A DNA stretch of 64,000 bases from Octopus bimaculoides. Lineage: Eukaryota. Each line of letters begins with the position of its first letter. The stretch's first letter is position 1. The notes under the pieces were generated by a model that worked only from the letters and a program-made list of their open reading frames with translations, made no database searches and was not told the DNA's origin. Of this stretch, positions 51,179 to 63,909 are shown in pieces. The position numbers were made by a program, and so were the translations under genes. Location of the stretch: positions 1,404,357 to 1,468,356 of the forward strand of contig NC_069002.1 in NCBI RefSeq assembly GCF_001194135.2. The letters are read 5' to 3'.

Positions 51179-51732
51179 CAAATGTAGGCTGTGCAAAACA
51201 TCAACTACATTATTGCAAACTGTGAGAGAATGTTTACCAGAATGTTATCTTCGTATGAGGCATGATGCAATGACCGAACGATCTGGAATGGAAGAATAAA
51301 AGAGATGGTACCTACAGACGAAGTTGACTATACTGAGAGACCAATGAGTCAAAAGATTACTGCTAGAACTTAGAATTTAAAGAAAAAGAAGATAAACACA
51401 ATTGGCCAGATATTGTTTTGTGGAACCACATGGAAAAGATATGTTCTGTTATGAAAATCAGCTGCTCTCTGACCACCATAATGGTTAGAGTAATACAAGA
51501 GGAAGAGGACATCTATGGATCATTGATCAGGAATTTGCAAATCCAGAACCCAAGATACACTTTCAATTTCATACCTATTACTGTCGGAGCAACAAGATGC
51601 ATACCAACCCGTCTGGAGCAGAGTGTGGCTGAAGTTGGAATGTTGTGGAGAGAATGCAAATCCTTAATTCATATTCTACAAATGATTGCGATATCTGGGA
51701 CTATAAAAAGTCTGCAAGACCTTAAGTTTTAA
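51179..51732 (+). mobile_element. RLE-clade (R4/Dong-like) non-LTR retrotransposon C-terminal relic: CCHC knuckle plus restriction-like endonuclease
   Basis: Across frameshifts it reads KCRLCK...INYIIANC...YLRMRHD, then KHNWPDIVLWNHMEKICSVMKISC...IYGSLIRNLQIQNPRYTFNFIPITVGATRCIP...LQMIAISGTIK...KF*. This matches the CxxC...H...C, RHD, HNRPDIV, and PI.VGA.G motifs. Confidence 0.88.
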
Positions 51733-52401
51733 ACGATGATGGATAAAACAAGATCCTTTCATTCAGAACCTTGCTACCAAATAGATGGCCAATCAAAAAT
51801 TACTCTGAATTAAAAAGAAAAAACAGAAGAACATACATACATATATCCATACATATTTACATATATACATACATACGTACATATACACGAAAACACATGA
51901 AGTTTCATGCGTCTCCTATTTTTACAAATGTTAACATTTCTTTCCCAATCATTGAAAAAAAGTAATTATACTTTTCCTGATAATTGTTTCCACACCTACA
52001 GCTTCTATTACGCTAATTATAAATCCACATTTGAACCGATATTTATTGGTGCACTGGGCTAAGTTAGTAAGTGTTTAATTGGCAGTAGCGTAGAGCTAGC
52101 GATTTCAGCCAAACAGAAAGTTACCATTCAACACGCAATTTGCCAATAAAATCAATCATGGAAACATTAATAATATGTAAGACACATATGAAGTTCAATA
52201 CGTAACAAATATCGATATTGTTATTCATATTACTATGATGGTATTTCGTAGCTTTGTTACAAGCCAATTGGTTCTGTATTGTCAGAATTCAAAACATTTT
52301 TAAATGGACATAAAAAATATATACGCTTATGCATGCAAAGATATATATCAGTATGAAAATAGGTATATTGATAGATATAAACATATATAATAGTGCACAC
52401 T

Positions 52402-52502
<101 letters not shown>

Positions 52503-52689
52503 GTATATATATATATGTATGTATATATACATATATAAACAAGACCACTGGAAAACATCGTTCGACCAATATCACATAACTATGGCACTTTCCCATCTTT
52601 TATATTAATAATAATAATAATAATAATGTAGTTCCTCTGCTCCTCTTTCAAACATTTAATTTTAGAGAGATTTTTTTGATGAAGCAATG

Positions 52690-52760
52690 GAGCTTCAGTG
52701 GGACTGAACCCAGAACTCCGTGGTTGGGAATCAAACTGCTTACCACACAGCCACGCCTAT
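52690..52760 (-). mobile_element. SINE family A tRNA-like head
   Basis: The reverse complement reads ataggcgtggctgtgtggtaagcagtttgattcccaaccacggagttctgggttcagtcccactg. Confidence 0.88.
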
Positions 52761-52771
52761 GTGTATGTGTG

Positions 52772-52807
<36 letters not shown>

Positions 52808-52817
52808 NNNNNNNNNN

Positions 52818-52854
<37 letters not shown>

Positions 52855-53095
52855 TGTGTGTATATACTTATATATAAAAGCATGTGCGTATGTGTGTCTA
52901 AATATCTACATGTATGTTTATTTGCAGTATGTATGTAGCGTATACAACTATACTTTTGTATGTTCGGGTAAGTATGAGTGTAAGTATGTTTACCTATATT
53001 TGCGTGGTTTTGTTTTCTGTATTTTTTTTTATCTACTTCAATGAACACACACACACACACACACACACAGATATATACATATATCTATGTATACA

Positions 53096-53143
<48 letters not shown>

Positions 53144-54312
53144 NNNNNNNNNNNNNNNNNNNNNNNNNNNNNNNNNNNNNNNNNNNNNNNNNNNNNNNNN
53201 NNNNNNNNNNNNNNNNNNNNNNNNNNNNNNNNNNNNNNNNNNNNNNNNNNNNNNNNNNNNNNNNNNNNNNNNNNNNNNNNNNNNNNNNNNNNNNNNNNNN
53301 NNNNNNNNNNNNNNNNNNNNNNNNNNNNNNNNNNNNNNNNNNNNNNNNNNNNNNNNNNNNNNNNNNNNNNNNNNNNNNNNNNNNNNNNNNNNNNNNNNNN
53401 NNNNNNNNNNNNNNNNNNNNNNNNNNNNNNNNNNNNNNNNNNNNNNNNNNNNNNNNNNNNNNNNNNNNNNNNNNNNNNNNNNNNNNNNNNNNNNNNNNNN
53501 NNNNNNNNNNNNNNNNNNNNNNNNNNNNNNNNNNNNNNNNNNNNNNNNNNNNNNNNNNNNNNNATATATATATATATATATATACAGACGGACATATATA
53601 AATACATGCATACACATATGCATACATGCATATATACGCACTCACACATATACCCACACACAAATAGGGTACACATGCATGTACGTTACATATATATATA
53701 TGTGTATATATGTAAGTATATACATGTATGTTTAGTTATAATTAAGTACATAGATACTGTGTGAGACATACTGTACTTGTGTATGCTTATATGTGCGTTA
53801 ATGTGTGTGATGTGTATATGTGTTGTGTGTGTGATGTGTATGTGTGTATGTGTCGTGTGTGTGTACATTTGTCTAAGATTCTTCAGGGAGATGGTTTTCA
53901 GTACAGCCTTGAAGCAATGTTGAAATCAAAACAAGTCCACTTTTTCTATCAAGCAGCTGTACAATCACAAAATACATAACACCAGAATGTAGGTCTGAAG
54001 ATGTTCAGTTCAGTCTCCTGATCGTGGTGGTGGTGGTGGTGGTGGTGCTCGTTTGTGAGGCTATTCTTATTGTTGTTTAATCCCTTGTGAAGTCTGATCG
54101 ACCTGTGATCATAGGTCTCCCATCTCTGATTATTCCTCCTCCTCCTCCTCTTTCTTATCCTTGTTCGTCACAGTTCATCTAGAGTTATACGTCTTCTGCC
54201 GTCTTTTGAAATTTAGAGAGACAGAGGAATATGTGATTGGTCAAGTGGGAAGCAAAGTGAGGGTGAAGAACGTTTGAATGAGAGAAAATATCATGGAAAC
54301 CTATACACACAC

Positions 54313-54344
<32 letters not shown>

Positions 54345-54444
54345 NNNNNNNNNNNNNNNNNNNNNNNNNNNNNNNNNNNNNNNNNNNNNNNNNNNNNNNN
54401 NNNNNNNNNNNNNNNNNNNNNNNNNNNNNNNNNNNNNNNNNNNN

Positions 54445-54484
<40 letters not shown>

Positions 54485-54712
54485 CTCGCGTACACCGCTG
54501 CGCCCACATGCGTACTATAATGTATATATACGCGCATAAAGGCAACCCATGTAATATGTACGTCCATACACATGCGTATAATGGGAAATTTCATAGAATT
54601 CTCTTGGTATTTGTTCCATGTCTTTGAACCATACATACACAACATCAACTTTCATATTTCCCATTGTATGACAACGGCTATTTAATGGACACACTCAGTC
54701 AAACAAACATGC

Positions 54713-54751
<39 letters not shown>

Positions 54752-54952
54752 TACATATATGTATATATATATATGCGTGTGTCTGTCTGTCCGTGTGTGT
54801 GGGTGTGTGTGTGTGTATATATATACATACATACATTAAACCTCATACGCATATGTATATGTCTGTATAGTGTGTGTCTATGCATATATTTGTCTGATTA
54901 TTTCATTGTGTGGTTATATGCGTATTTTGTAGAATATAAATGCTTGTGTGGT

Positions 54953-55026
<74 letters not shown>

Positions 55027-55174
55027 TGCAATGTATCTGTACGTGTGTACCTGCGTTCTTAGATCTATAGCGGTGTGTGTGTATGCATGTGTTTGTGCAT
55101 CCGTGTTTGCCTAACTCTGTCTTTCTGAAATTTTTCAAAAGCCGCATGCAATAATATATCATTACTACTGTTCT

Positions 55175-55230
55175 TATTTATTGCTATCAATCATTGGACA
55201 GCGGCCATTCTTGAGAACTACCTTCAACAA
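55175..55230 (-). mobile_element. Degenerate SINE family A 3' fragment
   Basis: tcattggacagcggccattcttgagaactacctt resembles tcattagactgcggccatgctggagcaccgcctt. Confidence 0.45.
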
Positions 55231-55281
55231 ATGTTATCGATTATATCCTCTGTTTTAATGTACCAGCCAAACCCATATGTA

Positions 55282-55330
<49 letters not shown>

Positions 55331-55331
<1 letters not shown>

Positions 55332-55697
55332 CGTTCTGAGTTCAAATTCTGCTGAGGTCGACTTTGCCTTTCATCCTTTCGGGGTCGATAAATTAAGTAG
55401 CATTTATGCACTGGAATCGATGTAATCGACTTAATCCCTTTGTCTGTCCTTGTTTGTCCCCTCTGTGTCTAGCCCCTTGTGGACAGTAAGGAAATAAAAA
55501 ACGTTAGCACGCCGAGCGAAATACTTAGCGGTATTTTGTCTGTCTTTACGTTCTGAGTTCAAATCCCGCCGAGGTCGACTTTGCCTTTCATCCTTTTGGG
55601 GTCGATAAATTAAGTACCAGTTGCGTACTGGAATCGACTAAATGACTGCTCCCCCCCTCCTCCCAAATTTCGGGCCTTGTGCCTAGAGTAGAAAAGA
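55331..55697 (+). mobile_element. Tandem dimer of SINE family C with two different 3' tails
   Basis: The body acgttctgagttcaaat...gaggtcgactttgcctttcatcc...ggggtcgataaattaagta occurs twice (55331 and about 55548). Unit 1 ends ...agccccttgtggacagtaaggaaata; unit 2 ends ...aaatttcgggccttgtgcctagagtagaaaag. Confidence 0.92.
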
Positions 55698-56239
55698 TTA
55701 CTAAATATACGTATATCTGTCTGTCTGTCCATAATTAATGGCACACTTAATGCGAAAACATATGCATGCTAACATAAGCACACACACACACACACACACA
55801 CACAAAGGAACTGAATATCCTCATTTTCATGTAGACAAAGTGCAATCTTTTTTTTTTTTTTATAAAAATCTCAATTTACATTTCGTTTGGTCTCAATTTT
55901 CCTTCATTCGATTCATTTCACAAAATATTGCTTTTGATTTCATTCTTAAAATTAAGTCATTTATTCAATCGTATTAACGTTGCTTAGTTTCCAATAATTT
56001 CAATCAGTCAGTCAATCGATTCTTATTAATTACGTTTCAATGTGGTAAACTAGCTTTTCACCCACTTTTTTCTTGTTTATTTTTTTGTTTTTGTTTTTGT
56101 TTTTTTTAACCCGAAATTATGTGACATCCTCAATATTTGCCAGGAAAATCATGTTTTTTTTTTTGTACTGTATTACATTTATTTATTCGTTTTTATTTGT
56201 TTATTTATTTATTTTGCTTCACACTCATGCAAAGATAAC

Positions 56240-56350
56240 TGCTGTTTCGGGTTCATTACCTTGGGTAAATGTCATCTATTATGTCCCCGGGTCAATCAAT
56301 GTCATGTTAGAGAATTTGGTAGACAAAAACTCCACGAAAACCCGTGGTAT
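56240..56350 (+). mobile_element. Degenerate SINE family A, 5'/middle fragment
   Basis: gggttcattaccttgggtaaatgtcatctattatgtccccggg...gaatttggtagacaaaaact...acccgtggtata aligns with 30650-30775. Confidence 0.7.
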
Positions 56351-57386
56351 ACATACATACATACATAAATATATATGTATACATACATACATATATAAAT
56401 ATATATGTATACATACATACATATATAAATATATATGTATACATACATACATATATAAATATATATGTATACATACATATATAAATATATATGTATACAT
56501 ACATACATNNNNNNNNNNNNNNNNNNNNNNNNNNNNNNNNNNNNNNNNNNNNNNNNNNNNNNNNNNNNNNNNNNNNNNNNNNNNNNNNNNNNNNNNNNNN
56601 NNNNNNNNNNNNNNNNNNNNNNNNNNNNNNNNNNNNNNNNNNNNNNNNNNNNNNNNNNNNNNNNNNNNNNNNNNNNNNNNNNNNNNNNNNNNNNNNNNNN
56701 NNNNNNNNNNNNNNNNNNNNNNNNNNNNNNNNNNNNNNNNNNNNNNNNNNNNNNNNNNNNNNNNNNNNNNNNNNNNNNNNNNNNNNNNNNNNNNNNNNNN
56801 NNNNNNNNNNNNNNNNNNNNNNNNNNNNNNNNNNNNNNNNNNNNNNNNNNNNNNNNNNNNNNNNNNNNNNNNNNNNNNNNNNNNNNNNNNNNNNNNNNNN
56901 NNNNNNNNNNNNNNNNNNNNNNNNNNNNNNNNNNNNNNNNNNNNNNNNNNNNNNNNNNNNNNNNNNNNNNNNNNNNNNNNNNNNNNNNNNNNNNNNNNNN
57001 NNNNNNNNNNNNNNNNNNNNNNNNNNNNNNNNNNNNNNNNNNNNNNNNNNNNNNNNNNNNNNNNNNNNNNNNNNNNNNNNNNNNNNNNNNNNNNNNNNNN
57101 NNNNNNNNNNNNNNNNNNNNNNNNNNNNNNNNNNNNNNNNNNNNNNNNNNNNNNNNNNNNNNNNNNNNNNNNNNNNNNNNNNNNNNNNNNNNNNNNNNNN
57201 NNNNNNNNNNNNNNNNNNNNNNNNNNNNNNNNNNNNNNNNNNNNNNNNNNNNNNNNNNNNNNNNNNNNNNNNNNNNNNNNNNNNNNNNNNNNNNNNNNNN
57301 NNNNNNNNNNNNNNNNNNNNNNNNNNNNNNNNNNNNNNNNNNNNNNNNNNNNNNNNNNNNNNACATACATATATATATATATATGT

Positions 57387-57420
<34 letters not shown>
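56349..57420. repeat. 30-bp AT-rich minisatellite (atatatgtatacatacatacatatataaat)n running into an 854-N gap
   Basis: At least 4-5 units before the gap and similar sequence after it. Confidence 0.85.
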
Positions 57421-57422
<2 letters not shown>

Positions 57423-57423
57423 C

Positions 57424-57705
57424 ATGGCTCTAGGTTCAGTGCCACTGTGTAGCACCTTGGGCAAGTGTCTTCTACTATGGCCTCAAGCCGACCAAAACCT
57501 TGTGAGTGAATATGGCTGACGGAAACTGAAAGAAGCTCCACGTATACATGTGTGTGTGTGTCTTTATGCCCGTGTTTCACACCCTATCACCGCTTTAAAA
57601 CCGGTGTTGCTGTGTTTACAGCTCTGTAAAAAGAGAGACCGATAGAATTAGTACTGGGCTTAAAGAGTAAGTTTTAGTCGATTTATTCAACTAAACCCTT
57701 CAGTG
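57424..57705 (+). mobile_element. SINE family A, 5'-truncated copy
   Basis: ggttcagtgccactgtgtagcaccttgggcaagtgtcttctactatggcctc...gacggaaactgaaagaagc...gaccgatagaattagtactgggc. Confidence 0.9.
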
Positions 57706-58170
57706 AGGGCAACGTGGTCGTTAGGCATTGTGGGTCGGCTGGACAAGGACTAGATTTTTTAAATTTATGCTGGGGTCTTTGTGTGGAGAAATTTTAAAAG
57801 AAAACGAGCGAAGAGAAAATATGCAGAGGGGACAATACCGTGAAAAGGAACAACGAAGTCGAAAAGGGTGAATCGGATACTAAAACAATAAAGAAAAACA
57901 TATTGATTATAGAAATTCTCATCCTTACGATAGCAGAATAAAAAGAAAAGTGTATCGCATTAATTGTAATCAACTGCAAAGGATTAGAGGACGTAATATG
58001 GAGAATGAAGGATTATCCGAGACTATGAGGCGATTAGCAGAAATACAGTGAGATTGTCTCAGAGAGAAGGAAGCTGTAGACAGGAGTTCTTAAATTTCTA
58101 CAGGCGTCGTCAGGGCAGCAGTCGTCCGGTACTGAATTCAGCAGACGATACGCTTAGATATGTGTGTGTG

Positions 58171-58207
<37 letters not shown>

Positions 58208-58330
58208 ATATTTGTGCAAATGTCTAAATGTACAAAGAATACGTGTATGTGTGTGTGTGTCTGTATTTGTATGTATTTTTGAATGAATACATGCATCTAT
58301 ACATTTGGATTTATATGTGTGCGTATATAT

Positions 58331-58363
<33 letters not shown>

Positions 58364-58630
58364 ATCACATATATATCGTATATATATTTATGTATACACA
58401 CATACACACGCATAAATGCTCATGAAAGGGCATCTGTTTAAGTGGATGCATTCAGCATCGCTCGTTAACGATAAGCCGTCAGTCATTAAGACCAGTTGAC
58501 CTTTCAACCTTTATTACGAGGGACACTCCGCATAACAACACTGACTGTTTGCCTGCGCGTGCGCACGCACGTAGAGAGACACACACTCATATATGCATAC
58601 ATACATACATATATGTATGTATACACACAC

Positions 58631-58691
<61 letters not shown>

Positions 58692-59929
58692 TATGTATGT
58701 GTTTGTGTATAGGAGGAAGGTGGCACCTGCGTGCTGGGCTAGTGGCGGTGGGGCGCAGATGCAGTGCTATGAACACAATTTTCTGCAGTTACATTCATCT
58801 GTCTACGNNNNNNNNNNNNNNNNNNNNNNNNNNNNNNNNNNNNNNNNNNNNNNNNNNNNNNNNNNNNNNNNNNNNNNNNNNNNNNNNNNNNNNNNNNNNN
58901 NNNNNNNNNNNNNNNNNNNNNNNNNNNNNNNNNNNNNNNNNNNNNNNNNNNNNNNNNNNNNNNNNNNNNNNNNNNNNNNNNNNNNNNNNNNNNNNNNNNN
59001 NNNNNNNNNNNNNNNNNNNNNNNNNNNNNNNNNNNNNNNNNNNNNNNNNNNNNNNNNNNNNNNNNNNNNNNNNNNNNNNNNNNNNNNNNNNNNNNNNNNN
59101 NNNNNNNNNNNNNNNNNNNNNNNNNNNNNNNNNNNNNNNNNNNNNNNNNNNNNNNTACATGCGGGTGCGCGAGCGCGCGCGTCAATATTTGTTCTCGAAG
59201 TGTGAGTTCTGTTGTGAGTGATTTTTTACTGTTTGTTTCATGTTTTATTATTTTTTTATCGGTGTTTTTGTTGAATTCTTTGTGGCAAGGAATCGTATCA
59301 ATATCGTTATACACATTCATACATACAATTATATATATATATATATATATATACATACACTTATATGTATATATATAAGTATATGTGTGTATGTATGTAT
59401 TTGTATATGTGTGTGCGTGTATATATATATGTATATATATATGCGTGTGTGTGTGTTTACTTTCATGTGTGTGCACACGCGTGTATATGAATGTATGCAT
59501 AATATGTTTATCTATGTTATGTGATTGAGTGTGTTTAAGTGGTTTTATACGGTTTTGCTTAATTCTTAAACAGGATATATCAACAAACCTAACAATCGGT
59601 AAACAGAACGAAACGAACGCACACAAGGACACACACACGCACACACAGGCTAATGCACAGCCATCCGCTCACACACGCACACACACGTACACACACATAC
59701 ACCTCACAAAATGAAGACAAAACATAGATAAACAAATTTGCTAAATCAAATAACCAAGAAGTGTAATAATAATGATAATAATAATAATAATAATAATGGT
59801 GGCACCCAAATCAAAAGAAAACAATTAGGAGCGATCCCACAAAGCGATCCATCAATCCACAGTTTCGGTGTCGCCATCGTCAACGACGTTGATCGAGGAA
59901 TCAACCAACCACATACAATCTATATATAT

Positions 59930-60480
59930 ACAATAGCCTGTTCACCGAAGCGTGAAGCATTTCAAATATGTTTACGCTTGTTCTTGCTTGCGAAAGCTCC
60001 GTATTGTTCCGAAAGAACCCGCCATCCCATCCCTTTCCCCCTTCGCAAACTCGAAACTCGACTGTCCTCCTTCATTTTCTTCCAAACCCGACTCCCCGCC
60101 GCTCCCCATCCTCGCCCGTAACTGGCAACTAACCTGGAACTAAGTACCACTCAATTGACGCCACACTCCACCACACCTCATCTCACACTACACATACAGC
60201 GCTGCACCACACAACGACACGCTACGCACCACTCTACTTCATGTCACACACCTCGTTGCTGACGTCACCATTGCTCGCCGCCGCCGCCGCCACTGCTTGC
60301 CATTCATCGATTCCCTCGTTCGCTTCGTTCGTTCATTCATTGCCGCTGCTGACGCCATGTTTACCCATCAATCCCACAATGCAACAGTGTAGAGTGCTCC
60401 CATTTAAGCAATGTTTGATGAACACACGAGGCGTCACAGATTTCGCAGTGTTTGGTGACGGGTTATTAATCTCGCATTCC
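59930..60480. promoter_or_regulatory. CpG-richer unique island with a full CRE (TGACGTCA, 60260-67) and CRE-like TGACGCCA sites; possible promoter or first-exon region
   Basis: Visibly more CpG and GC than the flanks, a (GCC)n run, and a minus-strand donor-like site ccag|gttagt at 60134/60133. Function is inferred. Confidence 0.35.
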
Positions 60481-60747
60481 TTCTTTTCCTCGCTCACCCC
60501 CCCCATCCTCTCCCCCTCTCGCCTTCCTTCTTTCTCTCTGTCTATCTCTCTGCCTTTCTTTCCATTTTCAACTTATGTATCTTATTATAGCTATTTCACT
60601 TCCTCTGCCTACCACCCACCCATCCTCTCTCTCTCTCCTCCTTTCTTTCACTTATTGTTTATACCTGCCTCACTTTCTTTCACTCACTTTCTCTATCTTC
60701 TTTTATACACAATTATGTATGCAAAAATATACATACATGTGTATATA

Positions 60748-60778
<31 letters not shown>

Positions 60779-61018
60779 ACACATACATATCGTTCTTACT
60801 CTCTCCCTTTCACTTTTTCTTTCTCTCCTTATCTCCCTCTCCTCTTCACTCCCTTCCCTTCTTTCTCTCTTACCTGTGTCTGCATAGACATCAATGTAGA
60901 AAGTAGCTGTGTTTGAGTGAGTGTATATATGATGTACCTGCATTGTATTAACATACACACAAACTTAAAATACATACTTATACCTGTGTGAGTATTTATG
61001 CGTGTGATTAAGTGTGTA

Positions 61019-61400
61019 TACGAAGTGGTATCAGAAAGTTCCCGGACTCGCTTTGTAGCGCACCAACAGGTGACAGCACCAACAGGTGAGGCAGTGTGTC
61101 GAGTGACATCGCTGTGTTTATTTCGCAAGTTGTGAAATTTGTGTTTTTGTGATCACGTGTCTGCTGTCGTCTGCGATTTTTGTCATGGACAGGAACAAAA
61201 AGTCAACGTGAAATTTTGCGTTAAACTTGGGAAGTCTGCTACAGAGACATCGGGCGTGCTTCGACAACCTTACGGCACCGAGGCAATGGGTCGTGAGCAA
61301 TGTTTTGAGTGACATGGGCGCTTCAAAAGCAGAAGATCGTCTCTGGAACACGATGAGCGATCTGGAAGACTTGTCACAAGTGTCACCCCTGGAAATTCTA
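61019..61400 (+). mobile_element. Mariner element 5' relic: TIR-like end plus transposase N-terminus with an internal stop
   Basis: TA-cgaagtggtatcagaaagttcccggact (61019-48) is a mariner-type end. From 61193 it reads EQKVNVKFCVKLGKSATETSGVLRQPYGTEAMGREQCFE*HGRFKSRRSSLEHDERSGRLVTS, the classic EQR..IKFC.KLGKSATET...L..AYG..A.SR...FEW..RFK.GR.SLEDD.RSGRP motif. Confidence 0.92.
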
Positions 61401-61632
61401 TGTTTCTGAAGTAGTTATAACGTGAAGAGACCATTTCAGTCGTTTTAAAATACACCCGAAAAATCTATTATTATTCACTTTCCATTTATTTCTTGGAGAG
61501 TCAAAACTTATGTCACAACACTGTGACCTTGTCACTGACACAGTTCTGCTGTAACTGTTTAAAAACCTTAGTGTCTGAAGCAAGACGTTGGCCAGACTAG
61601 CGTAACGCCAAAAGATGTTTTTGATTAAATAC

Positions 61633-61854
61633 TTAACCATTTTGTCATCATATTCCTGCTGAAATTCACTATTTTTGCTTCAGTTCATTTTGGAAACAAT
61701 GGAGAATTTAGTAAAATTACTTTGTTATTAAACTGGTATTTGGTGCATAAGATGAAGTTTTGAAGAAAGATTTTAATTGGGATCACATTAAAACGAGAAG
61801 TTTGTATTACAGAACTAGGGGTGGTCTCAGACACGCTGGCATCAGATGGATTAA
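61633..61854. mobile_element. Non-autonomous TTAA-flanked element (piggyBac-like MITE)
   Basis: Bounded by TTAA (61633-36 and 61851-54) with degenerate ends (ttaaccattttg... and ...catcagatggattaa). The interior matches my recollection of a common octopus repeat, which I could not verify. Confidence 0.5.
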
Positions 61855-62629
61855 TCCTTTACTTGGTTCCCGTCGATGCCATCATCATCACCAGCAGAGC
61901 ATTAAGAGTGGAGCTTAACCGGAATCTAACAACTTCAAAAATTCATAAAAAGAGTAAAAAATATATAAAGATACACAAAACAAAATGAGTATCGTCGCTA
62001 ATTGCAATGTGCTGAGAGACAGAACACCAACTCGCAGGGCAGTTGGCGTATTTTGGCTACGTCTGACTTGCGTGCTTCCTCTGTGACCACCACCACGAGA
62101 AGTGGCTCTGTATACATACAAGAAATATGCCAAACACTGGACACCATTGTACAAAGACAGCAGAGTGTTTCACTGCATCATGTACGATTAGCCGTTGTGT
62201 ACACCCAAGAATCTACATGGTTAGTCGCTGAATCTACGAGAAATCGTATTCAGATTACATTCTGCCATCATGCAAATAAGAAGAACATACATAGCGTTCT
62301 AGAAAAAAAAAAAAGAGTGGATGTTTCAGGCTGGAACGCCTTTGAAAATAAATTTACTTGGTCCAGCTGGAGGGGCTAAACAGCAACTTCGAAAATTGCC
62401 GCCTGCTCATTGATTCAATGGGTTAATATCTATGTATTCCACAGATACGAGTACCCTTAATGTAGTTCCCAGTCAGAATCAATGTCACACATTGTATTTC
62501 AAGACTGTACCATTTGAAATGCGGCTGCAATCAAACCAAGAAACTTTTATACAATTTCTGTCTATCCTAATTTTACTCACAATTTATGGGTCGATTCGAA
62601 GTTACAAAAAACAAAAATTTGGCCAAGAT

Positions 62630-62703
62630 ATCACGCCACAAGATCGAACCGAGAAGCCTTCGTTTGCAAGGCGAACGTCTTAACCATTCTGTGATCTATA
62701 TCT
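62630..62703 (-). pseudogene. tRNA-like relic (Ala-TGC-like anticodon arm) or a solitary SINE head
   Basis: The reverse complement has a D-loop-like AGAATGGTTAAG, an anticodon arm TTCGC-cttgcaa-ACGAA and a T-loop GGTTCGATC. The T-stem and acceptor stem pair poorly. Confidence 0.45.
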
Positions 62704-62749
62704 TGTGTGCCATTATGAGATAAGTTAAATAAATAAACGATTTCAAACT

Positions 62750-62949
62750 TTAGCACGAGGCCAGCAATTTTGTGGGAAGGGACAAGTAGATTTCATCGGC
62801 TCCAGTGTTCAACTGGTACTTATTTTATCCCGAAAGGCTGAAAGGCACAGTTGACCTCGGCGGAATTTGAACTCAGAACGTAAACACGGACGAAATGCTG
62901 CTGAGCATGTTCTCCGGCGTGCTAACGATTCTGCCAGTTTGCCGCCTTA
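62750..62949 (-). mobile_element. SINE family C, full-length degenerate copy (type B tail)
   Basis: The reverse complement reads aaggcggcaaactggcagaatcgttagcacgccgg...acgttctgagttcaaattccgccgaggtcaac...aaaattgctggcctcgtgctaa. Confidence 0.88.
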
Positions 62950-63698
62950 ATGGTTAATTAAATAATGGAATTAGGTAAAATCAACTATACTCTAGTGAGT
63001 GCTCCACTATGGGCTCAGTGCGATAAGTGAAACTATTAAAAATATATTCTTGCGATTTGATAGCACATTGATGGAACTCAAGTATGCACGGAATGGAGTT
63101 TCTGGTGTGCTCGCTAGAATTAGTAGCTAAATCTACCTCAGATTACGATTTACTATCTTCAAAACAAAATAACAAAAAAAAAATAATAAATAAAATAAAT
63201 AAATAAAAACATTTAATAAAGCGGACTTGATATATAGAGAGCAACTAACGAGAGGAAGAAAAGAGAAAAAAAAAAGAAAGAAAAAACGACGAGATGGCGG
63301 TCGGTAATGAAACCCGTTTGATATTAGTTCTACTCGATCAGGTATGATATGAGACTAACAAAAGCAAAAATAATGAGACGACGATGACGATGATGATGAT
63401 GATGATGATGATGGCAGCAGAAGAGAAAAACACAGCCAGAAATGAGTGCAGCAGATAATGCAGCGAATGCAGAGGATAAGTGCATCAGATGCGTCTCTCG
63501 CCTTCTTTTTCCTCTTTATTTACGCCTCTACTCTTTACACACTTCATTTACTAAATTAACAGATATGCATGTACAAACACATCATGCATACATTTATGCA
63601 TGTGTATGTGAGTGTGAGTGTGTATGGATATGCTTGTGAATGTATGTGTAAACATTCAGGCATATATTCATATATAGATATTTACTTATACACATATA

Positions 63699-63764
<66 letters not shown>

Positions 63765-63876
63765 AATATATATATATGTATGTGTGTATGTTTGTGTGTG
63801 TGAGAGTATATGTATGTACGTCTATATATATATATATGTGTATGGATATACGTACATGTATAAACAAATATGTAAG

Positions 63877-63909
<33 letters not shown>

